Shown here: one piece after another, positions 1 through 9,555 of the stretch | How the letters are laid out: each line of letters starts with the position of its first letter | How positions within the stretch are numbered: position 1 is the first letter of the stretch | Assembly: GCA_903896425.1 (NCBI GenBank) | Contig: CAITXW010000257.1 | Location: 1-52,274 of the forward strand | Direction: 5' to 3' | DNA length: 52,274 nt | Source of the DNA: an uncultured beta proteobacterium | Lineage (GTDB): Bacteria; Pseudomonadota; Gammaproteobacteria; Burkholderiales; Burkholderiaceae_C | Made by a program: the position numbers and the translations under genes | The notes under the pieces: model-generated | What the model was told of the DNA's origin: nothing | The model's input: the letters and a program-made list of their open reading frames with translations, nothing else | Databases searched by the model: none

Positions 1-47
1 AGCAGCAGCATGCCGGATTGATTTTTCAGGGAGTTGCGCTTGTTCAT
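1..47 (-). CDS. 5' end of a type IV minor pilin, probably PilV (runs off window)
   Basis: ATG at 47 gives MNKRNSLKNQSGMLLL, a class III signal (Q-x-G then hydrophobic); follows pilE and fimT. Confidence 0.6.
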   Translation of the reverse strand, partial: MNKRNSLKNQSGMLL

Positions 48-54
48 GGTCTGG

Positions 55-651
55 TCAGCAGGCTTGCGGGTTGCCGGGGTTGGTGCTGGTGAGTTTGGGG
101 TCGCACATGCGGATTTGGCCGCCGGCCGTAACGATCACCCGCAGGCAGCGCATGGTGCCGCCGGCCGTGGCGCAAGTTGCGCCGCCGCTGCTGTTGGAGA
201 TGTCGAACAGCGCGCTGTTGCCGGGCGGCAGGGTGCTGGCTTTGCCAAAACCGTTGAAGCTCAGCGTGGTGGTGAAGGTGGCGGTTGCGGCTGCGGCGCC
301 GGTGGAGGTGATGACTTGTGATGTGGTCACCGTGGCGTTGCTGGAGCCCTCGGCCGCGCTGCGCGCCTGGATGCTGGCCGGGCAGTTTGTTCCATCCACA
401 GTGGCGCAGCCCACGGTCCAGGACGAACCGCTTCCCAGCACGAATTGAACGATGGTGTTGCGCCGTGTCGCCTCGGCGCGGGCCATGCTCAGCCCGTTCT
501 GAATTGCCTCAGCGGCGTTGCGGATCTGCGAGTTTTGAAGGTACGTGCTGAAACTCGGCAGGCCCATGGCCAGCGCCAGGACCACGATGGCCATCCCGAC
601 CAGGGTTTCGATCAGGCTGATGCCCTGCTGGAAGCGCAGAAGTTTCAACAA
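55..651 (-). CDS. fimT: GspH/FimT family minor pilin
   Basis: QQG|ISLIETLV prepilin site, ARAEATRRN motif, C-terminal Cys residues. Confidence 0.85.
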   Translation of the reverse strand: MLKLLRFQQGISLIETLVGMAIVVLALAMGLPSFSTYLQNSQIRNAAEAIQNGLSMARAEATRRNTIVQFVLGSGSSWTVGCATVDGTNCPASIQARSAAEGSSNATVTTSQVITSTGAAAATATFTTTLSFNGFGKASTLPPGNSALFDISNSSGGATCATAGGTMRCLRVIVTAGGQIRMCDPKLTSTNPGNPQAC

Positions 652-1082
652 TTGCCTCCCTTTTTGGTGACCCAGCAGGCGGCGTTGGTGGCCCAGCCCG
701 ATGGCACGGCGGTGGTGGCTTTGGTGTTGCTTTGATCAACCGTGAAGGTAAAGCCCGCCATGGTGCCGGTGCCGACAGCCTGCAAGCTGAACGCTGTGGC
801 GGTGGCGGCAGAACAACTGAACGTGAAATACGGGCTGGCGGTCGTGTCAGTGCTGCAGGCAGGTGCGCTGGCATAGGTCAGGTTGTCCTGAAAGAACTGC
901 TCCATCTGCACGCGTTTGGCGGCCAGGTTCGAGGTGGCCTCCGGAATCTTGCCGCGAACAACGTAGTCGGTATAGGCGGGCAATGCGACCGCAGCCAGGA
1001 TACCAACAATGGCGACAACGATCATCAGCTCAACCAGGGTAAAGCCGGACGATGCGCATATTTGCGACTTGGGTGGTTTCAT
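645..1082 (-). CDS. pilE: Type IV minor pilin PilE
   Basis: G|[28 protein letters not shown], then MEQFFQDN. Confidence 0.88.
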   Translation of the reverse strand: MKPPKSQICASSGFTLVELMIVVAIVGILAAVALPAYTDYVVRGKIPEATSNLAAKRVQMEQFFQDNLTYASAPACSTDTTASPYFTFSCSAATATAFSLQAVGTGTMAGFTFTVDQSNTKATTAVPSGWATNAACWVTKKGGNC

Positions 1083-1156
1083 GTTCTGTTACTTTTCAGG
1101 GGCTGCTTGATATTTGAAAATTATCTCGCGGTCCCGGGAAGAACACACAAACGCCG

Positions 1157-1186
1157 GACAAACGGTTGCGTCGACCCGACCAGTGG
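1157..1186 (-). promoter_or_regulatory. Candidate LytTR/AlgR-type direct repeat upstream of pilE
   Basis: Minus-strand CCACTGGTC-N12-CCGTTTGTC; second unit resembles the AlgR site CCGTTCGTC. Confidence 0.45.
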
Positions 1187-1245
1187 CAACTGACTGTCGT
1201 TTATCCGGACAGGAACTTCATCGCAAGGTGATTGGGGGCGTCGAT

Positions 1246-3159
1246 TCAGCCAATCCCGGGCCCGGTTGCCCCATCAAACCCGAGCGCGGCCAGCAGTGGC
1301 AGGTCGCCTCTGTTCTCGACGCCCAGCGCCAGCACGGTGATGCCCAGGGCGTGCGCCATGTTGCACAGGCCCTTGAGGAATTCCTGGTTGCCTTCGTTGC
1401 CGGTGATGCCGCGGATGTAGCTCGGGTGCACCTTGATGTAGTCCAGGCCCAGGTCGGCGAGTTTGCCGCTGTCGGCAAAGCGCTGACCAATATACTCGAT
1501 GCCGACGCGGCAGCCGAGTTGCTTGAGCTTGCGCGCGAGTTCGCGGAAGGCATCGAACTGGCGGAACACGCCGTACTCGGGCACTTCAAACAGCAGGCGC
1601 TGACAGATCTCAGGGTAGGCTTTGAGCAGTTGCGTGAGTTCGTGGCGGAAGGCGTGGTCGGCGATGGTTTCGGCGGACAGGTTCACCGCGATGTCGCCCG
1701 AGCTGGTGCGCAGGTGCTCGATGGCGAGTTTGACCACGCCCAGATCGATCGGTGCGGTCAGATTCAGTTGCGCCGCCATCGGCATGAATTCACCCGCCGA
1801 GAGCAGAGTGCCCTGGGCGTCGCTGCGCAGGCGCAGCATGCCTTCGCGGTGCAGGGCAACGGCGCCGTCGCCCGACACCACCGGGAAGAAGCTCAGCGCC
1901 AGGCGGCCACCGGCCACGGCCTCGGTCAGCAGGGTGCGCCACTGCTCGGCCGGCAGTGCGGCCTTGGCCTGGCTGTCTTCCACCGCATGCCAGTTGTTCT
2001 GGCCCTGGCTGGCAGCCTGGGCCAGTGCTTGGTCGGCCTGGGCCAGCAAGTCGCCCATGTTCTGCTCGCGCTGGTAGCGCACGGCACTGAGGTGGAACAG
2101 TTCGGGCACTTTGTCCTGCCATTTGGGCAAGACGTTTTGCAGAAGCCGCGCATGGATGTCCTTGGCCGCTTCGGTCGCGGTGGCAAAGGTCGGGCAGACG
2201 ATGGCGAATTCCGCGCCCTTGATGCGACCGGCGCGCTGGCCGATGCGGCCGTTGCCGCTGTCGTAAAGCGTGGTGCCAACGTCTTTGAGCAGCGCATCGG
2301 CCTGCTGGCGGCCGAGTTGGGTGTTGAGCTCGTTGAGGTCGGGCAGGCGCACCATGACCAGGGTGCCGCTGGAGCCGAACTGGTCGCCCTGTAGTGCTTC
2401 GCGCAGGTGCGACAAAAAGTAGTCGCGGCTTGACAGGCCGGTGACGGCGTCGCGGTTGAACTTCTGGCGCAGGGCTTCCAGGCGCGTCGCCTCTTCGGTG
2501 AACAGGGTCTTGAGCCGGCCCACCATCTCGTTCATGGCGCGCGCCACGCTTTTGAGTTCCGGTGTGCGCGGCTCAGTGATGGTCAGGAAACGGCGCTCGG
2601 CAATGGCTTGCGCCTGGTCCACCACCTGGCCCAGTGGTCGGGTGATGATGCGCAGCGCCAGCGTGCCGGCCAGCCCCGCCAAGGCGGCGCCGAGCACAAA
2701 CCAGAGCAGCAGTTCAAGCGTGCCGTCCCACAGGCTTTGGTAGGCATAAATGTCCTGGCTGGCCAGCGTCAGCGTGCCGTACTGGATCCAGCCGTCCTGC
2801 ACCAATGCCTGTCCGGGCGTGGTGTGGATCGGGATCAGCTTGACAAACCAGTCTGGCGCACCCAGAAGCTTGCTGGTGGAAACGCGCTCAACCAGTGTCT
2901 TGCCTGTGGGCGAGGTGATGCGGATGAAGCGGTAGTGGCCGGCGTCGAACTGGGCCGCCACCTGCAATTCGACCGTCACTTCGTCCTTGGGCAACTGCGT
3001 CAGCGACAGCGCCAGCGCGGTGGCGTTGTCGATGTTCTTGACTTGCAGTTGCTGCTCCAGGTAGTGGCGCGCCGAGAGCACGCTCACGACCATACTGCCG
3101 CCAAAGGCGATGCTCATGACCAGGGCGATGGCAATCCAGAGTTGTTTGATGAGTGACAT
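1246..3159 (-). CDS. lapD: LapD-like c-di-GMP receptor (periplasmic output domain, HAMP, degenerate GGDEF, degenerate EAL)
   Basis: Starts MSLIKQLW; GWIQ (LapG-binding GWxQ motif); two TM segments; KGAEF replaces GGDEF; EGMLRL replaces EALxR. Confidence 0.88.
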   Translation of the reverse strand: MSLIKQLWIAIALVMSIAFGGSMVVSVLSARHYLEQQLQVKNIDNATALALSLTQLPKDEVTVELQVAAQFDAGHYRFIRITSPTGKTLVERVSTSKLLGAPDWFVKLIPIHTTPGQALVQDGWIQYGTLTLASQDIYAYQSLWDGTLELLLWFVLGAALAGLAGTLALRIITRPLGQVVDQAQAIAERRFLTITEPRTPELKSVARAMNEMVGRLKTLFTEEATRLEALRQKFNRDAVTGLSSRDYFLSHLREALQGDQFGSSGTLVMVRLPDLNELNTQLGRQQADALLKDVGTTLYDSGNGRIGQRAGRIKGAEFAIVCPTFATATEAAKDIHARLLQNVLPKWQDKVPELFHLSAVRYQREQNMGDLLAQADQALAQAASQGQNNWHAVEDSQAKAALPAEQWRTLLTEAVAGGRLALSFFPVVSGDGAVALHREGMLRLRSDAQGTLLSAGEFMPMAAQLNLTAPIDLGVVKLAIEHLRTSSGDIAVNLSAETIADHAFRHELTQLLKAYPEICQRLLFEVPEYGVFRQFDAFRELARKLKQLGCRVGIEYIGQRFADSGKLADLGLDYIKVHPSYIRGITGNEGNQEFLKGLCNMAHALGITVLALGVENRGDLPLLAALGFDGATGPGIG

Positions 3160-3185
3160 GGTGGGCTCGCTGGATAAAAAGGGGG

Positions 3186-3878
3186 TCAAAGGCCTTCCTG
3201 GCGCATGCGCACAAGCACATCGCGCCAGCGTGACAGGCGGGCGGTGGGGTCGGCAGAGGAGGTGGTGGCACCACCGACCCACAGGCCGTCACCGTTGAAG
3301 CTGAAGACCGGGCTCAGATCGGTGCGCATGGAAGCCGGGCGCACGCTGGAAATCAGATTGTCAAGAATCAAAGGTTCTTCCGTTGGCTGCGGGTAGTAGC
3401 CCAAAACCATGTGGGCAATCGGTGTTGTTGAGCCAACCTTGTAGCGCACATAGACCAGGCGCAGATGCTCGTTGCCGATGCCCAGCATCTGCAGTGTCAT
3501 GTACTTGGAGATGGCAAAGTCTTCGCAGTCGCCGGCGCCGTTGCCCATGAATTCGAGCGGTGTGGCCCAGTAGTCTTCCTCGTGGTAAACCTCCATGTCC
3601 GACTTGAACAGGATGCGGCGATTGAAGAAAGTATTGACCTTGTTGACCTTTTCGCTGTCGGGCAGGGCGCGTGATTCTTCGATCAGTTGGCGCCAGGCGG
3701 CTATCGTCTGTGCCGCACGTTCGCCGTAGCGTTGCAGCGCCAGGGCCTGCGTCTTGTCCAGGTTCGGTTCGGCCAGTGAAGCGACCCAGGCCAGCGCCAG
3801 ACCCAGCACCAGCGCGCACGCGCCAAACCACAAACCGCGCACGGCAGTGGTCAAACGGGTGTCGAAGAGCTTGGGCAT
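3186..3878 (-). CDS. lapG: LapG-like transglutaminase-like cysteine peptidase
   Basis: YWATPLEF..GDCEDFAISKY, HMVL and LILDNL triad motifs; directly upstream of lapD; start uncertain. Confidence 0.88.
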   Translation of the reverse strand: MPKLFDTRLTTAVRGLWFGACALVLGLALAWVASLAEPNLDKTQALALQRYGERAAQTIAAWRQLIEESRALPDSEKVNKVNTFFNRRILFKSDMEVYHEEDYWATPLEFMGNGAGDCEDFAISKYMTLQMLGIGNEHLRLVYVRYKVGSTTPIAHMVLGYYPQPTEEPLILDNLISSVRPASMRTDLSPVFSFNGDGLWVGGATTSSADPTARLSRWRDVLVRMRQEGL

Positions 3879-4093
3879 TGTGGAGGCAGAGAGTAGTCTA
3901 TTTGACCTTGGGACGACAGAGACAGATGTCCTGATAATTGGAATGGCCAATAGTAGGTTCGTCTGGTGCCCAATAGGAGTTTGCTGCCGTTGTTCTCCAT
4001 GCTTAACCTTACATGGTTACATCCGGTAACAACGTGGGGTATAACTCTGATCACGCAGACAAGCTTATGTTTGCGATCCGTTGGAGAGTAAGA

Positions 4094-5932
4094 ATGAAAA
4101 ACAAATTTTCTTTGGTGCTGATATTTGCCGCTGTATCGGCGGCCTGGAGTGTCCAGGCACAAACACTGCCGGGCCCGATGGTCCAGGCGGCACGCAAGGC
4201 CGTGGCCAGCAACCCCGAGGTGCAGGCGCGCTGGAATGGTTTCAAGGCGGCTGACAGTGAGCGCGATGTGGCGCGTGGCGGCTATTTCCCGCAACTCGAT
4301 CTCAACGCAAGCAGCGGACGCGAGAGCCGCGACTCGCCCCTGGCGGCGCCAACGGGGAGCTACGGCACTTACAACTTCAACAGCGCGCAGCTCACGCTCA
4401 CGCAGATGCTGTTTGACGGCATGTTCACCGCCAATGAAGTCAAGCGCCTGGGCTACGCCAAGCTGACGCGTTACTACGAACTCACTGAAGCGACTGAAAC
4501 GGCAGCCCTGGAAGCCGTGCGTGCCTATACCGATGTCTTGCGTTACCGTGAACTGGTGGACGCTGCGACGCAGAACTACGCCGAGCACAAGCAGGTCACG
4601 GCGCACGTGGAAGAACGCGCCGCAGGCGGCGTGGGACGTGGCGTTGATGTGGAACAGGCCAACGGCCGGCTCGCCCTGTCGGAGTCCAATCTGCTGACTG
4701 AATTGACCAACCTGCACGATGTCAGCGCACGTTATCTGCGTGTGGTCGGCGAGAAACCTCCCGCCGCCCTGCCCGCGCTGCCCGACCCGTTCAAGCTTGG
4801 CACGCTGCCGGCCTCAACCGAGGTGCTGATGCGCGACGGTTTGCAGGGCAGCCCCACGCTCAACGCCGCGGTGGAAAATGTGCGCGCCTACAAGACGGCG
4901 ATCGAGTCACGCAAGGCGCCTTACATGCCGCGCATTGATGTCCGCGCTTACGCCAATGGCGAAAACAACACCGGCGGCATTGTCGGCGCCACGCGCGTCA
5001 ACGGCGTGCAAGTGGTCCTGAACTACAACCTGTTCCGCGGCGGCGCGGATACAGCCCGCGAGCGCCAGGCGGTGAACCAAAGTGAACAGGCGCGCGATCT
5101 GCAGGAGAAAGCCTGCCGCGACGTGCGCCAAACGCTCTCCATCGCCTACAGTGATGTACGCAGCCTGACCGAGCAGCAGCGTTACATGGACCAGCACCGG
5201 CTGGCCACCGAGAAATCGCGCGAGGCCTATCGTCAGCAGTTTGACATCGGCCAGCGCACGCTGCTGGACTTGCTCGACAGCCAGAACGAATTCTTTGAAG
5301 CCAGCCGCGCCTATATCAATGCGCGCTACAACCAGGTGGGCGCACAGGCCCGCACCTTGGCTGGCATGGGCCAACTGGTGAGTGCGCTGGGTGTGAGCCG
5401 CGCGGACGTGCCCAGTGCGCCTGACGCGGGTCAGGATCGCAATGGGATTGATCCGGCCGAGGTCTGCCCGATGGAAGAATCGTTGGTGGATAGTTTGGAC
5501 AAGATCAAGGCGCAGACCGTGATTCCGGTACGCGTCCGCGCCAAAGCAGCGACACCCCCGCCAGCACCAGCACCGGTATCGACCAAGATCAGTTTGTCAT
5601 CGGACGCATTGTTTGACTTCAACAAGGCCGACATCAAGGCTGAAGGCCAGGCCAAACTCGACGCCCTGGTTGCACGCATCACCGGGACGCAGCTTGACAT
5701 GGTGATTGCCACCGGTCACACCGACGCCATCGGCAGCGACGAGTACAACAACCGCTTGTCGCTGGCGCGTGCCGATGCCGTCAAGGCCTACCTGGTGGGC
5801 AAGGGTGTGGACGTGAAGCGCATACGCACCATCGGCAAGGGCAAGTCCGAGCCGGTTGCCGATAACGCCACCCCGCAAGGGCGAGCCAGGAATCGTCGCG
5901 TCGACATCGAGGTGCAGGGCGCCACGAAGTAA
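4094..5932 (+). CDS. TolC-family outer-membrane protein with C-terminal OmpA domain (LapE/AggA-like), copy 1
   Basis: Signal peptide; QFDIGQRTLLDLLDSQNE; OmpA motifs GHTDAIGSDEYNNRLSLARA and NRRVDI. Confidence 0.9.
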   Translation: MKNKFSLVLIFAAVSAAWSVQAQTLPGPMVQAARKAVASNPEVQARWNGFKAADSERDVARGGYFPQLDLNASSGRESRDSPLAAPTGSYGTYNFNSAQLTLTQMLFDGMFTANEVKRLGYAKLTRYYELTEATETAALEAVRAYTDVLRYRELVDAATQNYAEHKQVTAHVEERAAGGVGRGVDVEQANGRLALSESNLLTELTNLHDVSARYLRVVGEKPPAALPALPDPFKLGTLPASTEVLMRDGLQGSPTLNAAVENVRAYKTAIESRKAPYMPRIDVRAYANGENNTGGIVGATRVNGVQVVLNYNLFRGGADTARERQAVNQSEQARDLQEKACRDVRQTLSIAYSDVRSLTEQQRYMDQHRLATEKSREAYRQQFDIGQRTLLDLLDSQNEFFEASRAYINARYNQVGAQARTLAGMGQLVSALGVSRADVPSAPDAGQDRNGIDPAEVCPMEESLVDSLDKIKAQTVIPVRVRAKAATPPPAPAPVSTKISLSSDALFDFNKADIKAEGQAKLDALVARITGTQLDMVIATGHTDAIGSDEYNNRLSLARADAVKAYLVGKGVDVKRIRTIGKGKSEPVADNATPQGRARNRRVDIEVQGATK

Positions 5933-5952
5933 GTCGGTAAACGCCGTATCGA

Positions 5953-5981
5953 ACAACGGCCCTGCGGGGCCGTTGTCTTTT
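5953..5981 (+). terminator. Intrinsic terminator between convergent genes
   Basis: ACAACGGCCC-TGCG-GGGCCGTTGT followed by CTTTT. Confidence 0.8.
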
Positions 5982-6501
5982 AGCGTAGCACGGGCGCGTC
6001 GGGCAATTCGTTTGGATTGCTTGCGTCCGCTGCCTGCGGAAAATGTTGCTGCAGCAGGGCCGAGACCTGCGCCAGCGCTTGGCTCAGGCCGTTCTCAAAA
6101 CGCCCGTCCTTGAAAGCTGCGCTCATGCCTGCCACCATGGTTTGCCAGACTTGTGGATTGACCTTGTCGTTGAGTCCGCGATCCGCGACCAGTTCGATGG
6201 CTTGCTCGGCTAGCAGCAGGTAGATCAGCACGCCGTTGTTGTGCGCGGTATCCCAGACGCGCAGCTTGCCAAACAGCGCCAGGGCGCGCTGGCGTGTGAT
6301 GTGCTGTGTTGATGCCTGGCGCCCCAAATAGCTCAGTGGCAGGCTGGTTTCAACAAAAATGCGAATTTCACCGGAGTGCCGTTGTTCGCTGGCGGCTACC
6401 GCTTGCGTGAGCCGTTGCACCAGGTCGGGTGCCAGCACGTGCCGCTTCGGCACGGCGCTGCGCCAGCGATGTTTGAGGATGCGTTTGATTTGAACCAGCA
6501 T
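5980..6501 (-). CDS. TPM domain protein
   Basis: SEQRHSGEIRIFVE, LRVWDTAHNNGVLIYLLLAE..IELVADRG; start overlaps the upstream stop. Confidence 0.85.
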   Translation of the reverse strand: MLVQIKRILKHRWRSAVPKRHVLAPDLVQRLTQAVAASEQRHSGEIRIFVETSLPLSYLGRQASTQHITRQRALALFGKLRVWDTAHNNGVLIYLLLAEQAIELVADRGLNDKVNPQVWQTMVAGMSAAFKDGRFENGLSQALAQVSALLQQHFPQAADASNPNELPDAPVLR

Positions 6502-7418
6502 TACCAGTCTCCCGAGGCGCCGCCGCCGCCAAAATCGCCACCGCCGCCTGAAGTGAAACCACCCCCGCCACCCCCGCCACCAGAACCAAAACCACCGCCC
6601 CCGCCCCATCCGTGACCGATGCTGCCGCCGAATCCGTGTCCGATGCCGGAGAACAGGGCAATCAGCAGCGCCACCAGTGCAGCCAGGCCGGCCAGCAACA
6701 GGCTCGATGTCAGCAACAGCGCAGCCGCACCGAAGACGCCGCCGGTGGCCAGGGCACCGAGCCAGTTGCCAAGCAGGCTGCGCGCCACGCGGGCAAGCAC
6801 GGGCACCACAATGAACAGGAAGATCGCCAGATCGGTCCACTGAAATTCACCGCCCGTCCAACGCGTTTGCGTTTTGGGCGCGGGTAAATCCTCGCCGCTG
6901 ATGCGCGCCATGATCTGATCGGCCGCGGCGCCCAGCCCGCCGGCGAAATCGCCTTGTTTGAAGCGCGGCGTGATGGCCTCGTCGATGATGCGTTTGGCCG
7001 CCAGATCCGGGATGGCACCTTCGAGCGTTTTGGCCACCTGGATGTTGATTTTGTGATCGCTCTTGGCGACCACCAGCAGCAGCCCGTCACCAAGGCCTTT
7101 GCGCCCGATCTTCCAGGTGTTGGCGACGCGGTTGCTGTAGCTGAAGATGTCTTCGGGCTGCGTGCTGGCCACCAGCAGCAGCACGATTTGCGTGCCGTGG
7201 CTTTGCTCGAATGCACCCAACTTATCCTCTAGTTGCAGCCGTTGCGGCGTGTTCAGCGTGTCCGTGTTGTCGATCACATGGCCGGTGAGTGCCGGTACCG
7301 GCTGCTGCGCCAGTGCCGGCGCGAGCGCCAGCAGCAAACCCAGACTGAGCGCGCCCAGCCAGTGAGCCAGCACGGCCAGGTGGTTGGAGAGCCGCCGCCA
7401 CATGGGCATGGCGTTCAT
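6501..7418 (-). CDS. TPM domain membrane protein (YgcG-like) with Gly-rich tail
   Basis: WKIGRKGLGDGLLLVVAK, LEGAIPD, C-terminal GGGGDFGGGGASGDW. Confidence 0.88.
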   Translation of the reverse strand: MNAMPMWRRLSNHLAVLAHWLGALSLGLLLALAPALAQQPVPALTGHVIDNTDTLNTPQRLQLEDKLGAFEQSHGTQIVLLLVASTQPEDIFSYSNRVANTWKIGRKGLGDGLLLVVAKSDHKINIQVAKTLEGAIPDLAAKRIIDEAITPRFKQGDFAGGLGAAADQIMARISGEDLPAPKTQTRWTGGEFQWTDLAIFLFIVVPVLARVARSLLGNWLGALATGGVFGAAALLLTSSLLLAGLAALVALLIALFSGIGHGFGGSIGHGWGGGGGFGSGGGGGGGGFTSGGGGDFGGGGASGDW

Positions 7419-7432
7419 GGCTTGGCAGGTGT

Positions 7433-8020
7433 TTACTTCTTGCCGAAGTCAACCACCGGGGGCGTGCTGATGGCCGCCTCGTTGGCCACTGTGAAGGCCG
7501 GCTTGACCTGGTAACTGAAAACCATGGCGGTCAGGTTGCTGGGGAAACTGCGGGCCAGCACGTTATAGGCCTGCACAGCCTGGATGTAGCGGTTGCGCGC
7601 CACCGTGATCCGGTTTTCGGTGCCTTCAAGCTGCACGCGCAGGTCGCGAAACCCCGCGTTGGCTTTGAGCGTTGGATACTTTTCGGATACGACCATCAAT
7701 CGGCTCAGGGCCGAGCCGAGTTCACCCTGCGCCGCCTGGAACTTCTGGAACGCCTGCGGGTTGTTGAGTGTTTCTGGCGTGACCTGAATGGAGGTCGCCT
7801 TGGCGCGCGCCTCGATCACCTTGGTCAGGGTTTCCTGTTCGAACGCGGCCTCGCCCTTGACGGTGGCCACGATATTGGGCACCAGGTCGGCGCGGCGTTG
7901 GTACTGGTTGAGTACTTCGCTCCAGGCTGATTTGGTTTGCTCGTCGAGACTTTGAAAATCGTTGTAGCCGCAGCCCGCAAGACCGAGTGCGCTCAGGAGG
8001 ATCAAGAACCAGCGTGTCAT
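7433..8020 (-). CDS. lemA: LemA family lipoprotein
   Basis: LAGC lipobox; YQRRADLVPN; LEGTENRITVARNRY. Confidence 0.92.
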   Translation of the reverse strand: MTRWFLILLSALGLAGCGYNDFQSLDEQTKSAWSEVLNQYQRRADLVPNIVATVKGEAAFEQETLTKVIEARAKATSIQVTPETLNNPQAFQKFQAAQGELGSALSRLMVVSEKYPTLKANAGFRDLRVQLEGTENRITVARNRYIQAVQAYNVLARSFPSNLTAMVFSYQVKPAFTVANEAAISTPPVVDFGKK

Positions 8021-8073
8021 AAAAATCTCCTGTCTGTGAAACGTTACATTAGCATAAACCCGAACCCTGACAC

Positions 8074-8523
8074 ATGCCTAAAGACAAGAAAACAGCCGTC
8101 ACCGTCGCCGGATTGGCGGATGACATTGAAACGACCTTTTATGAGGCTCTGCGCAGCGCTGATCTGGAGAAATTGATGGCCTGCTGGGCCGACGAAGACG
8201 ATCTTGTCTGCGTTCATCCAAGCGGACCGCGACTGATCGGGCTGGGCGCCATTCGTGCGGCGTTCGAGATCATGTTTTCCAAGGGCAGCATTCAGGCCTG
8301 GCCCGAGTCCGTGCGCAAGGTCGAGTCGCTCACGAGCAGCGTGCACAACCTGCGTGAGCGCATCGAGGTCATGACCCAGGAGGGGCCGCAACTGGTCTGG
8401 GTTGTCGCCACCAACGTCTACCACAAGACGGCGCAGGGCTGGCGCATGGTGGCGCACCATGCCAGTCCCGGTTCGGAGCAGGACGCGCAGGAAGTTGTCC
8501 AGACAGCGCATACCCTGCACTGA
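8074..8523 (+). CDS. SnoaL-like / NTF2-fold protein
   Basis: FYEAL..ADLEKLMACW, CVHP, ATNVY...GWRMVAHHAS. Confidence 0.8.
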   Translation: MPKDKKTAVTVAGLADDIETTFYEALRSADLEKLMACWADEDDLVCVHPSGPRLIGLGAIRAAFEIMFSKGSIQAWPESVRKVESLTSSVHNLRERIEVMTQEGPQLVWVVATNVYHKTAQGWRMVAHHASPGSEQDAQEVVQTAHTLH

Positions 8524-8562
8524 GGCCATGACCGACCGAGCTCGATGGCAGTCCGTTATCCG

Positions 8563-9555
8563 ATGAACTATGCAGCGCCGTTGTGGTTGCCGGGCGGGCA
8601 TTTGCAGACGATCTGGCCGGCGCTGGGCGGGCCGCGCCTTGAACAGCCTTTGCCGGCGTACCGGCGCGAACGCTGGGACACGCCTGACGGTGATTTCATT
8701 GACGTTGATTGGCTACCAGGGCCGCCGAACCAGACCCTGCTGGTGCTGTTCCATGGTCTTGAAGGCTCGTCTGCCAGTCATTACGCACTGGCCTTTGCCG
8801 ATTACGCGCGGCGGCAGGGCCTGGCCTTTGTCGTGCCGCATTTCCGGGGCTGTAGCGGCGAGTTGAACCGGGGACCGCGCGCCTACCATTCTGGGGACTT
8901 CGAAGAGATTGGCTGGATTCTGGCGCGCTTGCGCCAGCAGCATCAAGGAGCGCTGCTGGCGGTTGGCGTTTCATTGGGCGGCAATGCGCTGCTGCGCTGG
9001 GCCGAAGAAATGGGCTCGCAGGCCGCGCGCGTGCTGACAGCGCTGGCGAGCGTGTCGGCACCGCTCGATCTGGCTGCCAGCGGGTGCGCCATCGGGCGCG
9101 GCTTGAACCGACTGATCTACACCCGCCGCTTCCTGAGTACGATGAAACCGCGCGCCCTGCAAAAGCTCGCGCAGCATCCGGGTTTGTTCAAGGCCGATGC
9201 GTTGCGCACTGCGCAAACACTCTACGAATTTGACAACGTCTTCACGGCCCCGCTGCATGGTTTTCGCAATACCGAGGACTACTGGGCGCGCGCCTCGGCC
9301 AAGCCGCACCTGCAGCAGATTCGCATCCCGGCGCTCGTGCTCAACGCGTGCAATGATCCGTTTGTGCCGGCTAGCTGCTTGCCGCAGTCACCGCTGGGCG
9401 ACTGGGTGACGCTGTGGCAGCCGCGCCAGGGTGGGCACGTCGGTTTTCCCGGCGCCCCCTTCCCGGGCCATATCCGGGCTCTGCCGCAGGCCGTCGGTGG
9501 CTGGTTGGTGGCGCAGATTCAAGGCCAGGTGGCAAGGGGCGAATCCCATGGATGA
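8563..9555 (+). CDS. YheT-like alpha/beta hydrolase
   Basis: GGHLQTI, HGLEGS, GVSLGG nucleophile elbow, DPF, GGHVGF. Confidence 0.85.
   Translation: MNYAAPLWLPGGHLQTIWPALGGPRLEQPLPAYRRERWDTPDGDFIDVDWLPGPPNQTLLVLFHGLEGSSASHYALAFADYARRQGLAFVVPHFRGCSGELNRGPRAYHSGDFEEIGWILARLRQQHQGALLAVGVSLGGNALLRWAEEMGSQAARVLTALASVSAPLDLAASGCAIGRGLNRLIYTRRFLSTMKPRALQKLAQHPGLFKADALRTAQTLYEFDNVFTAPLHGFRNTEDYWARASAKPHLQQIRIPALVLNACNDPFVPASCLPQSPLGDWVTLWQPRQGGHVGFPGAPFPGHIRALPQAVGGWLVAQIQGQVARGESHG

Noticed and set aside
6515-6630. CCG/CCA-rich repetitive tract
   Set aside because: Encodes the ordinary Gly-rich tail of the TPM protein
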